A DNA stretch of 64,000 bases from Candidatus Bathyarchaeota archaeon (GCA_963715865.1 OY970280.1:2144001-2208000), one strand, 5' to 3'. Shown: positions 8,798 through 18,819, numbered from the stretch's first letter. Notes: a model not told the origin generated them from the sequence alone. A program made the numbers and translations.

Positions 8798-10891
8798 GTG
8801 AATGCATTAACAAAATTCGACGCGAGACACTGCCATAAATGGGCACAACTTTTACTCAAGCGGCAACAAAAACTCAATCAAGCCTTAACAGCCATAACAG
8901 AAGACGACTTTGATTTGGCAAAGCATTTGTTTTCTCAAATTTTTACCGGAGTAAACGGCGGCAAACAAGCTGACCCAGGCATGGCTGGTTCACTCTTGTA
9001 CCACATGGCTATGGTTACCAAAATGGAATCGGAAACGCGCATGCTAATTGATGAGTTGCATGTAGACTTACCTGACATATCCCTAAAATTAAGCAAAATT
9101 TACAGCGACTTTGAATCCGACGCGAAGGAACTAACCAAAGAAATCACGCCTTTTAACCTAGATTTTCAGGAATTAGCCGCAACCCCACGCTTGGGAACGG
9201 TTGAGAAAATTAATCTTTTCTCAAATTTAACTAAAGAAAACAAAACAGTAGAAAGCATGCTAAACAACAAGAGCTCCAAATCAGGCGAAGCATTAGAAAA
9301 ATTGTTCCGTGCTTGGGCAGAGCAGATTATGCGAATGCGCTTAATCCAAGAGTACGAAACAATCAAGGGTTTACTAGTTACAGCTGAACTGGTAAAAACT
9401 ATCGGCGTGCCAGCGCTTGAGAATGCAATGGAGAGGGTGCAGGACAGGTTCGGTCAAGAAACCGTTAACATATCTCTTGACGTGACGCTTAAAGTCGGCA
9501 TGCGGAGGGAAAAACTGCAATCAATCATGTTAAGCGACCACTTCATAAATTACACCATGGATGTAGAGAAGCTTGATGGGCACATGGAGTTTTTGAATTG
9601 TCCGATTTTTGGAAGCCACAAATACGCCGAGGAAAAATACGGTGTAAACCCTGAAGTGTCGGCTCTTTTTTGCACTCATTTCTGTTTTGCTCATGCCAAA
9701 GCGATGCTGGAGACGGTTCTTCCTTTTCCATTTACACTTTGGCAGCCTAAACGCATGGCAACACATGGCAACTGCGAGTTTTACTTAAAACTTTCATACT
9801 CGCCTGTGGCCAAGGCGTTTGAACGGTTTATTCCGCTTGTTATGTCTTGGAACATCACTCGTGAATGCAACATGAAATGCTCTCATTGCTACATTAACGC
9901 TACAGAGAAAAAACTTGACAACGAATTAACCACTCAAGAAGCCAAAAAGCTCATGGATCAAATCTTCCAAGTTAGCAGACCTCTGCTAATACTAAGTGGC
10001 GGTGAACCGCTCTTGCGTCCTGACGTTTTTGAACTAATCAGCTACGGCTCAAAGAAAGGTTTGAAGATGGGGCTGGGAAGCAATGGAAGCCTCATTGATG
10101 ATGATGTAGCGAGAAAACTCAAGGAAGCCGGTATAGCCACTGTTTCCATTAGTTTGGATTCCCATATTCCAGCGCAGCATGATGAATTTCGAGGAGTTGC
10201 TGGTGCATGGGAAAAAGCGGTCCAAGCCTGCAAGGCTTTGAGAAAAAACAATGTGCTTGTTCAAGTCAACACAACTTTAACTCAGCAAAATTACAATCAA
10301 ATCGATGATATAATGTCATTGGCTGAAAGCATAGGCGTTGAAAACTTCCACTTGTTTTTCCTTGTTCCAACAGGTCGCGGAACCAAATTAACCGATATTT
10401 CCCCAGAAAAGTACGAGGAAATGATTACAAAAACTTTCGCAAAAACAGCTAATCACAAACTAAACGTGAGACCCTCTTGTGCACCACAGTTTATGCGAAT
10501 CGCCAAAGAGATGGGCTTAGATATGAGGCAGTGGATTCGCGGTTGCATCGCAGGATTATACTATTGCCGCATTTACCCCAACGGAGACGTAACACCCTGC
10601 CCATACTTACCAATTAAACTGGGAAACATACGGGAAAAAAGCTTCCAAGAAATATGGTTCAACTCAAAAGTCTTCAACGCGCTGAGGGATCCAAATTCAT
10701 TGAAGGGCAAATGTGGCGCCTGCGAATACCGCTCTTTATGCGGTGGCTGCCGAGCCCGCGCTTACGGTCTCTCAAACGATTTCATAGATTACTGCGGAGA
10801 CCTCCACGAACCTGCAGAGTTAAAAAGCGACTATCTAACTGAAGACCCATGGTGTGTCTATCAACCAAAAAAGCCCCCGCAAAAGCCATAA
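8798..10891 (+). CDS. Radical SAM/SPASM protein (AhbC/AhbD/NirJ-like) with a ~345-aa N-terminal extension
   Basis: WNITRECNMKCSHCY (CxxxCxxC), LSGGEPLL, SPASM motifs GCIAG...PCPYLP and KCGACEYRSLCGGCRARAY; extra helical and Cys-containing N-terminal domains. Confidence 0.88.
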   Translation: MNALTKFDARHCHKWAQLLLKRQQKLNQALTAITEDDFDLAKHLFSQIFTGVNGGKQADPGMAGSLLYHMAMVTKMESETRMLIDELHVDLPDISLKLSKIYSDFESDAKELTKEITPFNLDFQELAATPRLGTVEKINLFSNLTKENKTVESMLNNKSSKSGEALEKLFRAWAEQIMRMRLIQEYETIKGLLVTAELVKTIGVPALENAMERVQDRFGQETVNISLDVTLKVGMRREKLQSIMLSDHFINYTMDVEKLDGHMEFLNCPIFGSHKYAEEKYGVNPEVSALFCTHFCFAHAKAMLETVLPFPFTLWQPKRMATHGNCEFYLKLSYSPVAKAFERFIPLVMSWNITRECNMKCSHCYINATEKKLDNELTTQEAKKLMDQIFQVSRPLLILSGGEPLLRPDVFELISYGSKKGLKMGLGSNGSLIDDDVARKLKEAGIATVSISLDSHIPAQHDEFRGVAGAWEKAVQACKALRKNNVLVQVNTTLTQQNYNQIDDIMSLAESIGVENFHLFFLVPTGRGTKLTDISPEKYEEMITKTFAKTANHKLNVRPSCAPQFMRIAKEMGLDMRQWIRGCIAGLYYCRIYPNGDVTPCPYLPIKLGNIREKSFQEIWFNSKVFNALRDPNSLKGKCGACEYRSLCGGCRARAYGLSNDFIDYCGDLHEPAELKSDYLTEDPWCVYQPKKPPQKP

Positions 10892-11124
10892 AAATCCTTA
10901 CCGAGTTCTGTTAAAGAAAACCGCTTTGCCAAAAATTGCTTGCGACAGAAACTATTTAAGACATCGTTGTCTTTCAAAAACTTTAACCGGCAGTTAAAAC
11001 GGCTTTGGCAGCCCGCGAAAACGTGTACTCGGTGACTGCGGACCATCAAACAAAAAATTTGATGGCGATGAAAACATGATAGGAGCCCACAAATCAACAA
11101 ATTCGAAAGGTGCATGTATAGCAA
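10861..11124 (-). CDS. Possible small or degenerate winged-helix protein
   Basis: C-terminal half RFNCRLKFLKDNDVL...FSLTELGKDF resembles a wHTH wing; the N-terminus is unconvincing and the ORF overlaps the rSAM 3' end by 31 bp. Confidence 0.25.
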   Translation of the reverse strand: MLYMHLSNLLICGLLSCFHRHQIFCLMVRSHRVHVFAGCQSRFNCRLKFLKDNDVLNSFCRKQFLAKRFSLTELGKDFYGFCGGFFG

Positions 11125-11240
11125 CAGCTTCGGTGAAGCTTACAAAAAGTCACTTTAATTCTAATCTAACCCCAACTATTTTTGAACGTTAGGAGGCAAT
11201 CAGAATCTCACATGCTGGCCTTTCTAAAAGTTTCTGGGGA

Positions 11241-12404
11241 ATGTTCAAGGAGACATCGTTAGCTTACTTATTTGACGTAGCTGGGCTACTTGCTGGTTTC
11301 CTAGTCGCTTACCAACTTGGTGTTTTCAGGCTCTCACCCTGGGCCTTGGCTCTTTATCCAACACTTATAAGTACAAGAGTAATTAGCGGTTTACTTAGTG
11401 GCCGCTTAAGCACTGCCTTGCATCTTGGCACTATTTACCCTCGATTTTCTGGAAACACAAAAAGCTTCTATAAATTAATCGATGCCATAATTGTGTTAAC
11501 TTTAGTAACAAGCCTAACGGTTAGCTTAATTTCCTTGTTTTTCGGTTACTTGCTTTGGGGCATAACCCTAGCTGATTTCTCAGCAATAGTATCAGTAATG
11601 GTTGCAACATTAGCAATAGGTCTGCTTTTTTCTTTAGTAACAATTAAAGTTGCCTTTGTTTCTTTCAAACGAGGATTAGACCCTGACATCGTAGTTTATC
11701 CAATAATATCTACAGCAGTCAGCATTTTCATAACACTCTGTTACATTGGAGTGTTAAATCTGTTTTTCTTTTTGCCCTATCTTGGCAGATTAACAATTCT
11801 CGCCATCGGCTTTACACATGTATTTCTCGTTCTATACTTGATATCACAGGACAAGCAGGAACCTGAATTCCTGAAAACTATAAGCGAATCTCTGATTATG
11901 CTGCTGTTTGTATCCATAATGGTAACCCTAACTGGAACCATTTTCAAAGGAATAAGTAACTTCGCAGAAAACCGAAAAGAAATTTACACAATTTATCCAG
12001 CCTTAATTAACATGGTAAGCAATGTAGGCTCAGTTGTAGGCTCCACCGCTAACACTAAACTTGCTTTAGGTTTACTTACGCCCTCTTTCTCCTCAATAAA
12101 AAATCATACTAAAAACATTACCAGCGCCTGGGTAGCCTCGTTTTTAATCTTCACCGTTTTAGCCCTCATATCTCTAGCAGTTAACCGTGTGTTTTCACTA
12201 TCCAGTGTGCTTAACTTTATGGTGATAATTTGGTTATCCAATGTAATAGCTGTCATCGGCATAGCGCTCTTATCTTACGGGGTCTCGATATTAACATTCA
12301 AAAGAGGCTTGGATCCTGATAATTTTGTCATCCCAGTTGAAACCTCGTTCGCAACTATAGTAACCTCAACAGCTTTACTGTTAGCTTTACTTCTAATCAG
12401 GTAG
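11241..12404 (+). CDS. MgtE-type divalent-cation transporter, membrane-only with two MgtE repeats
   Basis: About 10 TM segments; duplicated FKRGLDPD motif and GLLSGRLSTALHLG / GSTANTKLALG repeats; no CBS domains. Confidence 0.85.
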   Translation: MFKETSLAYLFDVAGLLAGFLVAYQLGVFRLSPWALALYPTLISTRVISGLLSGRLSTALHLGTIYPRFSGNTKSFYKLIDAIIVLTLVTSLTVSLISLFFGYLLWGITLADFSAIVSVMVATLAIGLLFSLVTIKVAFVSFKRGLDPDIVVYPIISTAVSIFITLCYIGVLNLFFFLPYLGRLTILAIGFTHVFLVLYLISQDKQEPEFLKTISESLIMLLFVSIMVTLTGTIFKGISNFAENRKEIYTIYPALINMVSNVGSVVGSTANTKLALGLLTPSFSSIKNHTKNITSAWVASFLIFTVLALISLAVNRVFSLSSVLNFMVIIWLSNVIAVIGIALLSYGVSILTFKRGLDPDNFVIPVETSFATIVTSTALLLALLLIR

Positions 12405-12466
12405 CTGAGGAGCATGATTAAAATAATTCAGAGCAATATGTTATTGTGGAGTGCGACCTCTAGGGT

Positions 12467-13663
12467 ATGCCTAAATTTGAAAAGATAGAATACAAACCTA
12501 TCCCAGTCCGCGAGCTTTTACTTGAAATGAAAAATCTATCTGAACTAATGATTGATTTAGCCTATTCCTCAGCGTTGTATAATGATAAAGACCTTGCTGA
12601 AGACGTTCTCGCGCTTGAAAGTCGGGTAGACACGTTAGCATACCTTTTAGACATGGTAATAATGGTTGCTGCAAGAGACCCAAAAGACGCAGAGGCAATG
12701 GTTGGCATTTCCAAAGTGGCTTCTTCCACAGAAAAAATTTCAGATGCCGCCGCCGACATAGCAGCCATAGTAACGCGCAATATTGGCATTCACCCCATAG
12801 TTGGCGAAATTTTTGAAAAAGTGGAAGAGCGCTTAATGAAAGCGACCGTGAAAGCCAATTCAGCGATTGTCAAAAAAAGGATAGGTGAACTTGATTTAGC
12901 AGCAAGAATGGGCGTTGATATTATTGCCATCCGCCGAAATAACGATTGGATACTCAACCCCGAGGATGCAGAAAGAGTCTTCCAAGGGGACGTCCTAATT
13001 ACGCGTGGAGCGCCATCAGGCATTGAAGAGTTTAAAGATTTAGCTGAGGGAGAACTTGCAAAATTAGACGTTGAAAAACGCGTGAAATTTGAAGAAATAG
13101 TTTCAAGATTCGTTGAACTCAAGGACACATCCGAGTTAATGTTAGATTTAGCTTATTCTTCCCTCATGTTAAACAGTAAGGAACTAGCTGAAGAAGTCCA
13201 GCGCCTTGAAGAACGCATGGACCAAATGCACACTGATTTCGAACTGCTTGCTTTAACCAGCGACTTCAAAAAAGAAGAAGCCGCAGGTTTCCTAGGTTTA
13301 ATTCGGTTAGGTGTAGCTACAGAAAAAATTGCTGATGCAGCTGCAGATATTTCTGAGGTTGTTCTAAGAGGTATTGAACCGCACCCAGTTTTGAAGCTGA
13401 CAATTAAAGAAGCAGAGGAAACGGTTGCTCAAGCTTGTGTTACTGCGGATTCTCCGCTTGTAAATAAGACTTTAAAAGAAGCGCGTGTGCATGAAGAAAC
13501 CGGCATGTGGGTTTTAGTAATTAAAAGAGCAGATAAATGTGTGCGTCCTCGAGCAGACTCAAAAATCCAAGCAGGCGACGTATTGATTGCTTCAGGATAC
13601 GCTGAAGGCGCTGATGACCTAAAGAAGCTTGCTTCTCCAGCCCAAGCGTGCAATGTCGAATAG
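12467..13663 (+). CDS. Tandem (PhoU-like + TrkA-C/RCK_C)x2 protein
   Basis: Internal repeat MKNLSELMIDLAYSS / LKDTSELMLDLAYSS, each copy followed by a TrkA-C-like segment (GVDIIAIRR, GMWVLVIKR...GDVLI). Confidence 0.88.
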   Translation: MPKFEKIEYKPIPVRELLLEMKNLSELMIDLAYSSALYNDKDLAEDVLALESRVDTLAYLLDMVIMVAARDPKDAEAMVGISKVASSTEKISDAAADIAAIVTRNIGIHPIVGEIFEKVEERLMKATVKANSAIVKKRIGELDLAARMGVDIIAIRRNNDWILNPEDAERVFQGDVLITRGAPSGIEEFKDLAEGELAKLDVEKRVKFEEIVSRFVELKDTSELMLDLAYSSLMLNSKELAEEVQRLEERMDQMHTDFELLALTSDFKKEEAAGFLGLIRLGVATEKIADAAADISEVVLRGIEPHPVLKLTIKEAEETVAQACVTADSPLVNKTLKEARVHEETGMWVLVIKRADKCVRPRADSKIQAGDVLIASGYAEGADDLKKLASPAQACNVE

Positions 13664-13768
13664 TCAGCATCTTTATTTCAGATTCATTAACACTATAAGC
13701 CAGTAACCCCCAATTTTAAAGGAGAGAGCCAGTTTATCGTTGGTTAAAGAGAAAACGAGGGAAAAAGA

Positions 13769-14104
13769 ACGTTTACCTGCCCGAACCCTTCATGTAGGAA
13801 AGATTTCACTAAGCCACTTAAAACCTTAAATTTACAGCAGGATTCAGCAGAGCCATATGCCGCCTGCCCGTACTGTTTAACAAAAATAACCGAAGCGCAA
13901 ATGGAGGCCGATGATGAACCAGAGAAAACACAAGTTGAAACAGTTCTTCCTAAAGAAAAGCCAACTAAAAATAAAGAAAAACCACCCGCCTGCCACTACC
14001 ACCTTGGCTACTTAAGTGAACGGGAACAGAAAGAGCAAATTCCTGACGAATGCATCGTTTGTAAGGATATTGTTGAATGCATGCTTAGAAAAATGAGGAC
14101 GTAA
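13769..14104 (+). CDS. Cys-rich zinc-finger protein (true 5' end lies upstream of the ORF-track call)
   Basis: Frame is open from 13748: TFTCPNPSCRKDF...ACPYCL precedes the ATG at 13901; C-terminal CHYHLGYL...ECIVCKDIVECM; no ATG/GTG/TTG between the stop at 13745 and 13901; ACG at 13769. Confidence 0.7.
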   Translation, partial: TFTCPNPSCRKDFTKPLKTLNLQQDSAEPYAACPYCLTKITEAQMEADDEPEKTQVETVLPKEKPTKNKEKPPACHYHLGYLSEREQKEQIPDECIVCKDIVECMLRKMRT

Positions 14105-14189
14105 TTTTTAATAAATTTAGAATATTTTTGCCAAGATAATTATAATTAAAAAAACTGAAGAAGTGAAAGATAGGAAAAATTGAAGAAAG

Positions 14190-14555
14190 TTATTTCTTTT
14201 TCTTTGTTGTTGCTTTTTCTTCGGTGGCAGGCGCTTCAGCCGGTTTGACTGGCTCTGGCGTTTCTACTTTTGGTTCTTCCTTTTTCTCTTCGATTTCAGT
14301 TGTAATTTCTTCGATTGGTTTTGGAGGCGGTGTTGTAGCCATTGTCCAACCGATCCATGCTCCTATGAACATTATAGCTACGAAGGCTACGAAGACCGGT
14401 ATTGCGATTACCCAGAATTGAACGTTAGCAGTACCGCTGAGTAGTCCGATAGTAACGAGCCATTGTGGATAGAATAGTGTTACAATATATAATACTGCAA
14501 CCAGAACGCAAACGAGTAGTATTGCTCCACCTATTGCTTGATCTTTGCTAACCAT
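14190..14555 (-). CDS. Conserved archaeal 2-TM protein with IGWTMATTPPPKP motif
   Basis: Two hydrophobic helices, WIGWTMATTPPPKPIEE motif, acidic/Lys-rich tail. Confidence 0.8.
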   Translation of the reverse strand: MVSKDQAIGGAILLVCVLVAVLYIVTLFYPQWLVTIGLLSGTANVQFWVIAIPVFVAFVAIMFIGAWIGWTMATTPPPKPIEEITTEIEEKKEEPKVETPEPVKPAEAPATEEKATTKKKK

Positions 14556-14629
14556 TTAAGTCACCACTTTATAGCCATGTATTATCTCAAGCAATTTAAA
14601 GTTTGTCATGCTTTTTAGTGTGCTCTTGT

Positions 14630-15886
14630 TCATGTTGTTCCCATTTCCCATGTTGATAGGTACTTTTTCTGTTCAGCTGTAAGCTTGTCGATTTTTACGC
14701 CTATCGTTTTCAGTTTTAGTTCAGCGACTTTTTCATCGATTTCTTTTGGAACTGTGAAGACTTTTGGCGTTAACTTTGCTGTTTTGGCTATGTATTCCGC
14801 GCACAATGCTTGGTTAGCGAATGACATGTCCATGACTTCGGATGGATGCCCTTCTGCAGCGGCTAAGTTTACTAGTCTGCCTTCGGCTAAAAGGTAAAGT
14901 TTTCTGCCGTCTTTTAGTGTGTACTCTTCTAGGTTGGGGCGCATGGTTCTTTTAGCGGTTGACATTGATTCTAAATCTTTTATGTTTATTTCCACGTTGA
15001 AGTGCCCACTGTTAGCCATTATAGCGCCGTCCTTCATTTTTTGCATGTGCTCCTGCCGTATTACATTAATGTCTCCTGTGGCTGTTACGAATATGTCACC
15101 TATGGGCGCTGCTTCGGCTATTGGCATGGCGCGTAAGCCGTTCATTACTGCTTCCAATGCACGGATGGGCTGGACTTCTGTTATTATAACGTTGGCGCCT
15201 AAGCCTTGAGCTCGCATGGCTATGCCTCTTGAGCACCATCCGTACCCGCAGACTACGAAGGTTTTGCCTGCTATCAATGTGTTTGTGGCTCTTAGGATGC
15301 CGTCGATTGTGCTTTGTCCTGTTCCGTAGCGGTTGTCGAAGAGGTATTTTGTGTAAGCGTCGTTAACGGCTACGATGGGATATTTCAGGCTACCGTCCCT
15401 TTCCATCGCCCTTAAGCGGATTACTCCTGTAGTGGTTTCTTCTGTTCCACCTTTGACATTTTTTAGTTCAGCTTGGCGTTTGCTGTGTAAGGTACCGACT
15501 AAGTCTGCACCGTCGTCAAGGGTTATGGATGGCTTGTAATCTAGCACGTTGTCTATACACTTGTAGTATTCTTGGGTGTTTTGCCCTCTCCAAGCAAAAA
15601 CGTGAACACCTTTATCCGCTAATGCTGCAGCCACGTCATCTTGGGTTGAGAGCGGGTTGGAACCGCATAACACGATTTTGGCGCCTCCAGCTGTTAATGC
15701 TTGAACCAGAACGGCTGTCTCTTTTGTTACGTGGAGGCATGCACCTAAAGTCAGGCCTTTTAGGGGTTTTTCTTTTTCGAACCGGGTTTTAATCAGGTTT
15801 AGTACGGGCATGTGGCGTGATGCCCATTCGATCTGTAGATGACCTTGCGGTGCTAAATTTTTATCTTTAACTTGGAATTCTTCCAT
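14630..15886 (-). CDS. ahcY: Adenosylhomocysteinase
   Basis: [33 protein letters not shown] and [18 protein letters not shown] motifs. Confidence 0.98.
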   Translation of the reverse strand: MEEFQVKDKNLAPQGHLQIEWASRHMPVLNLIKTRFEKEKPLKGLTLGACLHVTKETAVLVQALTAGGAKIVLCGSNPLSTQDDVAAALADKGVHVFAWRGQNTQEYYKCIDNVLDYKPSITLDDGADLVGTLHSKRQAELKNVKGGTEETTTGVIRLRAMERDGSLKYPIVAVNDAYTKYLFDNRYGTGQSTIDGILRATNTLIAGKTFVVCGYGWCSRGIAMRAQGLGANVIITEVQPIRALEAVMNGLRAMPIAEAAPIGDIFVTATGDINVIRQEHMQKMKDGAIMANSGHFNVEINIKDLESMSTAKRTMRPNLEEYTLKDGRKLYLLAEGRLVNLAAAEGHPSEVMDMSFANQALCAEYIAKTAKLTPKVFTVPKEIDEKVAELKLKTIGVKIDKLTAEQKKYLSTWEMGTT

Positions 15887-16052
15887 GAATATTCCTTCTT
15901 TTTTAGGAAGAGTGTGTCTTCTACCTATTTAGAATTTGCTTCACGTTAAGGGCAATTGCAATCAACGTTGGTACGTGGCCGACAACCACAGTTTATGGTT
16001 GGAAAAAGTTTAATTACAACTCGCTCAAAGCTAACTGTAAGAGGGTGCGTGA

Positions 16053-16658
16053 TTGAAGGAACCTTTTGCCAAATTTATTAAAGCCAATTTAGGACCCAAA
16101 ACGTTACTAATTACATGCGGATTGCCTGGAACTTGGAAAACAGAAACCTCAGAGGAAGTCTCAAAAATAAAAGGGTACCCCATTCTCCGAAGCGATTTAA
16201 TCCGTTTAGAAGTTTTAAAGAACGAGAATGTTTTTGATGCGAAAGTTGCAGGAAACATGAGTAAACGCATGTCCGTCTATGATGAAGTCTTTCGAAGGGC
16301 AGACGATTTGGCTGGAAAAAACGTTCCTGGCATTATTTTAGACGCAACCTTTGTCACTCAAGATTTAAGGCGGCGCGCAGCAGAAATTGCAGCGAAGCAT
16401 AACATGACGTTCATTATTTTGCAAACAAGCTGTCCTGAAGAAGTGTCTATCGCTAGGATTCAGAGGCGTACTAAAGAGAAGTATGAGTCAAACGCTTTAA
16501 CGGTAGAAGCGTACCTTGCTAACAAGAGCAAGTTTGAACCGGTGGACATTGAGGACCTAAAGAAAAATTATCCAACGCTCAAGACACTGCATTTAACAGT
16601 TGATACTTGCCGCGATAACACTGAGGACTGGTACGTTATAGGGATGGAAAAAAGGTAA
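16053..16658 (+). CDS. AAA_33-type P-loop kinase-like protein
   Basis: ITCGLPGTWKT (Walker A variant), ILRSDLIR, ILDATF, SIARIQRR. Confidence 0.85.
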   Translation: MKEPFAKFIKANLGPKTLLITCGLPGTWKTETSEEVSKIKGYPILRSDLIRLEVLKNENVFDAKVAGNMSKRMSVYDEVFRRADDLAGKNVPGIILDATFVTQDLRRRAAEIAAKHNMTFIILQTSCPEEVSIARIQRRTKEKYESNALTVEAYLANKSKFEPVDIEDLKKNYPTLKTLHLTVDTCRDNTEDWYVIGMEKR

Positions 16659-16675
16659 CGGGACACCGTTTCATA

Positions 16676-17542
16676 ATGATAATCGACTTACATATTCACT
16701 CCAAAGCTTCAGATGGAAAACTGACTGTTCAAGAAATTTTCAAAGAAGCAAAAAATCGAAACATCGGCTTTATGTCGATTACGGATCACGATTCTATTGG
16801 CTGCCAAACCCAAGCCTTAGCACTCGCTAAAATAGAGAATATTCGATATGTTTCTGGGGTCGAGTTAAACGTAACCTTCTCACACCCAAAGTACCACGAG
16901 AGCAAAGCGGTTTCGCTGGATTTCTTAGGCTACCAATTTGATGTCAATAATAAAGCGCTAGAAAGCAAGCTTGAGACAATGGCGAAATATCGAGAGGAAA
17001 GAGCAGCAAAAATCCTAGACAACCTTAACGCAGAATTCCAAAAAGAACACATAGCAACATTAACTAAGGATGATTTGAGGCAGATTGAAGAGTCAGTTGA
17101 CGGCGTGCTGGGCAGGCCTCACATTGCAGATTATTTGGTGAAGAAGAACATCGTTAAAACGCGACAGGAAGCCTTTGATAAATACCTTGTAAAGTGCGAC
17201 GTCCCCAAATACCCGCTTTACTTGGAAGAAGCATCAAAGCTTATCAGGGACGCTGGGGGAAAATTGGTTTTGGCTCATCCTAACGATCCTCATGGAACTT
17301 CGCTAGTAGCGTTAACTAAATCGTTACCGGAGCAAACGGAAATTATTCAAGAAAAAATGTTACCTTACATTGATGGCGTTGAATGTTGGCACTCAAGAAA
17401 CACGGCTGAAACAACAAACCACTATGTAAAGTTCGCAAAGGAACAGGGGTTAATGATGACGGGCGGAAGCGATTGCCACCAGAAACCAATCGTGATGGGT
17501 ACAGTTCAAGTTCCTGATTGGATAGTTAAGCAATTCGCATAA
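16676..17542 (+). CDS. PHP-domain phosphoesterase (YciV/Rnm-like)
   Basis: DLHIHSKASDG, ITDHD, GRPHIA, LAHP and GGSDCH metal-binding motifs. Confidence 0.92.
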   Translation: MIIDLHIHSKASDGKLTVQEIFKEAKNRNIGFMSITDHDSIGCQTQALALAKIENIRYVSGVELNVTFSHPKYHESKAVSLDFLGYQFDVNNKALESKLETMAKYREERAAKILDNLNAEFQKEHIATLTKDDLRQIEESVDGVLGRPHIADYLVKKNIVKTRQEAFDKYLVKCDVPKYPLYLEEASKLIRDAGGKLVLAHPNDPHGTSLVALTKSLPEQTEIIQEKMLPYIDGVECWHSRNTAETTNHYVKFAKEQGLMMTGGSDCHQKPIVMGTVQVPDWIVKQFA

Positions 17543-17552
17543 TGAGAGCTTG

Positions 17553-18560
17553 TTACAGGTTTTTCGCGTAGTCGGCGGCTAGGTTGAAGTAGGCTTGTGC
17601 TTCTTTGGTTGCGGCTTTCTTTTCCTCGCTGTTCACGTTGGGGTCATCTAGTTTAAAGCTGATTACTTTACCACGTACATACGCCCTGTAGCACTTATAG
17701 AATGGAAGAAGCTTTGTTAACTGTTGGTCGTCAGAGTATGCTACATACCTATCAATGAAGTAAGCTGATAGGTCAGGCCTTTGTTGAAAGTCTAGGTCCA
17801 TGGCTAAAAATGCCACGTCTGAGGCTACGTCGGAGTACCTGAAGCGGTCGTTGAATTCTATAGCGTCAAAAATGTAGATTTTGTCTGTGATAAAGATGTT
17901 TCCTGAATGAATATCCCCGTGGCAGTCTCTAATTTTGCTGTCTTTTATTCTGCTTTCAAAAAGCGGCTTACTCTTCTCCATGAAGTTGGTGACTTTAGTC
18001 TCAATTAATTGGAACTTTGCCTGTGAGATTGTTTGACTGATGAATTTGAGGGTTTGCGCGAAATTTTCATCCCAGTTAGTCTTAACTATTTTCAGGGAAC
18101 CATACTCGTTTATTTCACTGCTCGTTTGTGCTTTGGAATGGAATTGCGCAATTATTCTTGCTATCTCATCAATCGTTTTATCGTCCACTTTGTTCTCTTT
18201 AAGGAGCACAGTCATGATTTTTTCTTGCGGCATACGCTTCATTTTTAAGGCATATTCAACGGTTTCGCCACCGCCTTTTATCTTGATAATTTTTGATTTG
18301 TTGATTGGTGCAACTTCAAGGTACATGTCTGGGCAAAGTCGTCTATTGAGCTCTAACTCTTTTTCACAGAAGAAGCGTCTCTTTTCAAGTGTGGAAAAGT
18401 CGAGAAATCCAAAGTTTACCGCTTTCTTCACTTTGTAAACAAAATTTTTAGTTAAGAAGATAAATGAGATGTGGGTTTGGATTAGTTCAATTTTGCCTGG
18501 GTCTTCAGGGTAAGCTTCAGGTTTCAGTAGGGCTTCGACCACTTGTTTTTGGGCGTGCAT
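17553..18560 (-). CDS. Aminoglycoside-phosphotransferase-like kinase (COG2187 type, stand-alone)
   Basis: IQTHISFIFL, KVKKAVNFGFLDFSTLEKRR, RDCHGDIHSGNI, FDAIEFNDRFR and YKCYRAYVRGKV. Confidence 0.9.
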   Translation of the reverse strand: MHAQKQVVEALLKPEAYPEDPGKIELIQTHISFIFLTKNFVYKVKKAVNFGFLDFSTLEKRRFFCEKELELNRRLCPDMYLEVAPINKSKIIKIKGGGETVEYALKMKRMPQEKIMTVLLKENKVDDKTIDEIARIIAQFHSKAQTSSEINEYGSLKIVKTNWDENFAQTLKFISQTISQAKFQLIETKVTNFMEKSKPLFESRIKDSKIRDCHGDIHSGNIFITDKIYIFDAIEFNDRFRYSDVASDVAFLAMDLDFQQRPDLSAYFIDRYVAYSDDQQLTKLLPFYKCYRAYVRGKVISFKLDDPNVNSEEKKAATKEAQAYFNLAADYAKNL

Positions 18561-18711
18561 TGTTATGTTTCTTCCTTTAAAGCGGACACTCTTGTGAACA
18601 GGTATCCCAATAAATATAGGGATATCTATTTTGCGCGGTAACTTGATTGAGATATTACGATGATTTAATTAACTTTATATTCAGCCTGCTAAAGTAATTT
18701 AGGGATAGAAG

Positions 18712-18819
18712 TTGGAAACTGACACACCAAAGGACCTTAAAAAGTCACTCTTAAAGAGTGGCTATTCCAGTAACGCGACAAAAGAAATCGTCAAGTGGTA
18801 TTCTTCCCAGTATTCTTAG
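18712..18819 (+). CDS. Putative 35-aa small protein
   Basis: TTG...TAG ORF METDTPKDLKKSLLKSGYSSNATKEIVKWYSSQYS; TATA-like TTTATAT about 35 bp upstream and an AGGGA SD-like tract; ends at the convergent pyrE stop. Confidence 0.45.
   Translation: METDTPKDLKKSLLKSGYSSNATKEIVKWYSSQYS

Noticed and set aside
11043-11141. Hairpins CCATCAAA/TTTGATGG and AGCTT/AAGCT upstream of mgtE as an M-box riboswitch
   Set aside because: Two isolated AT-rich stems, with none of the extended GC-rich multi-helix architecture of the M-box.
13740-13829. Programmed -1 frameshift joining the TTG 13740 frame to the zinc-finger frame
   Set aside because: The G GGA AAA heptamer is not phased as X XXY YYZ in the TTG frame and no downstream stimulatory structure is evident; kept only as an indel/ACG ambiguity.
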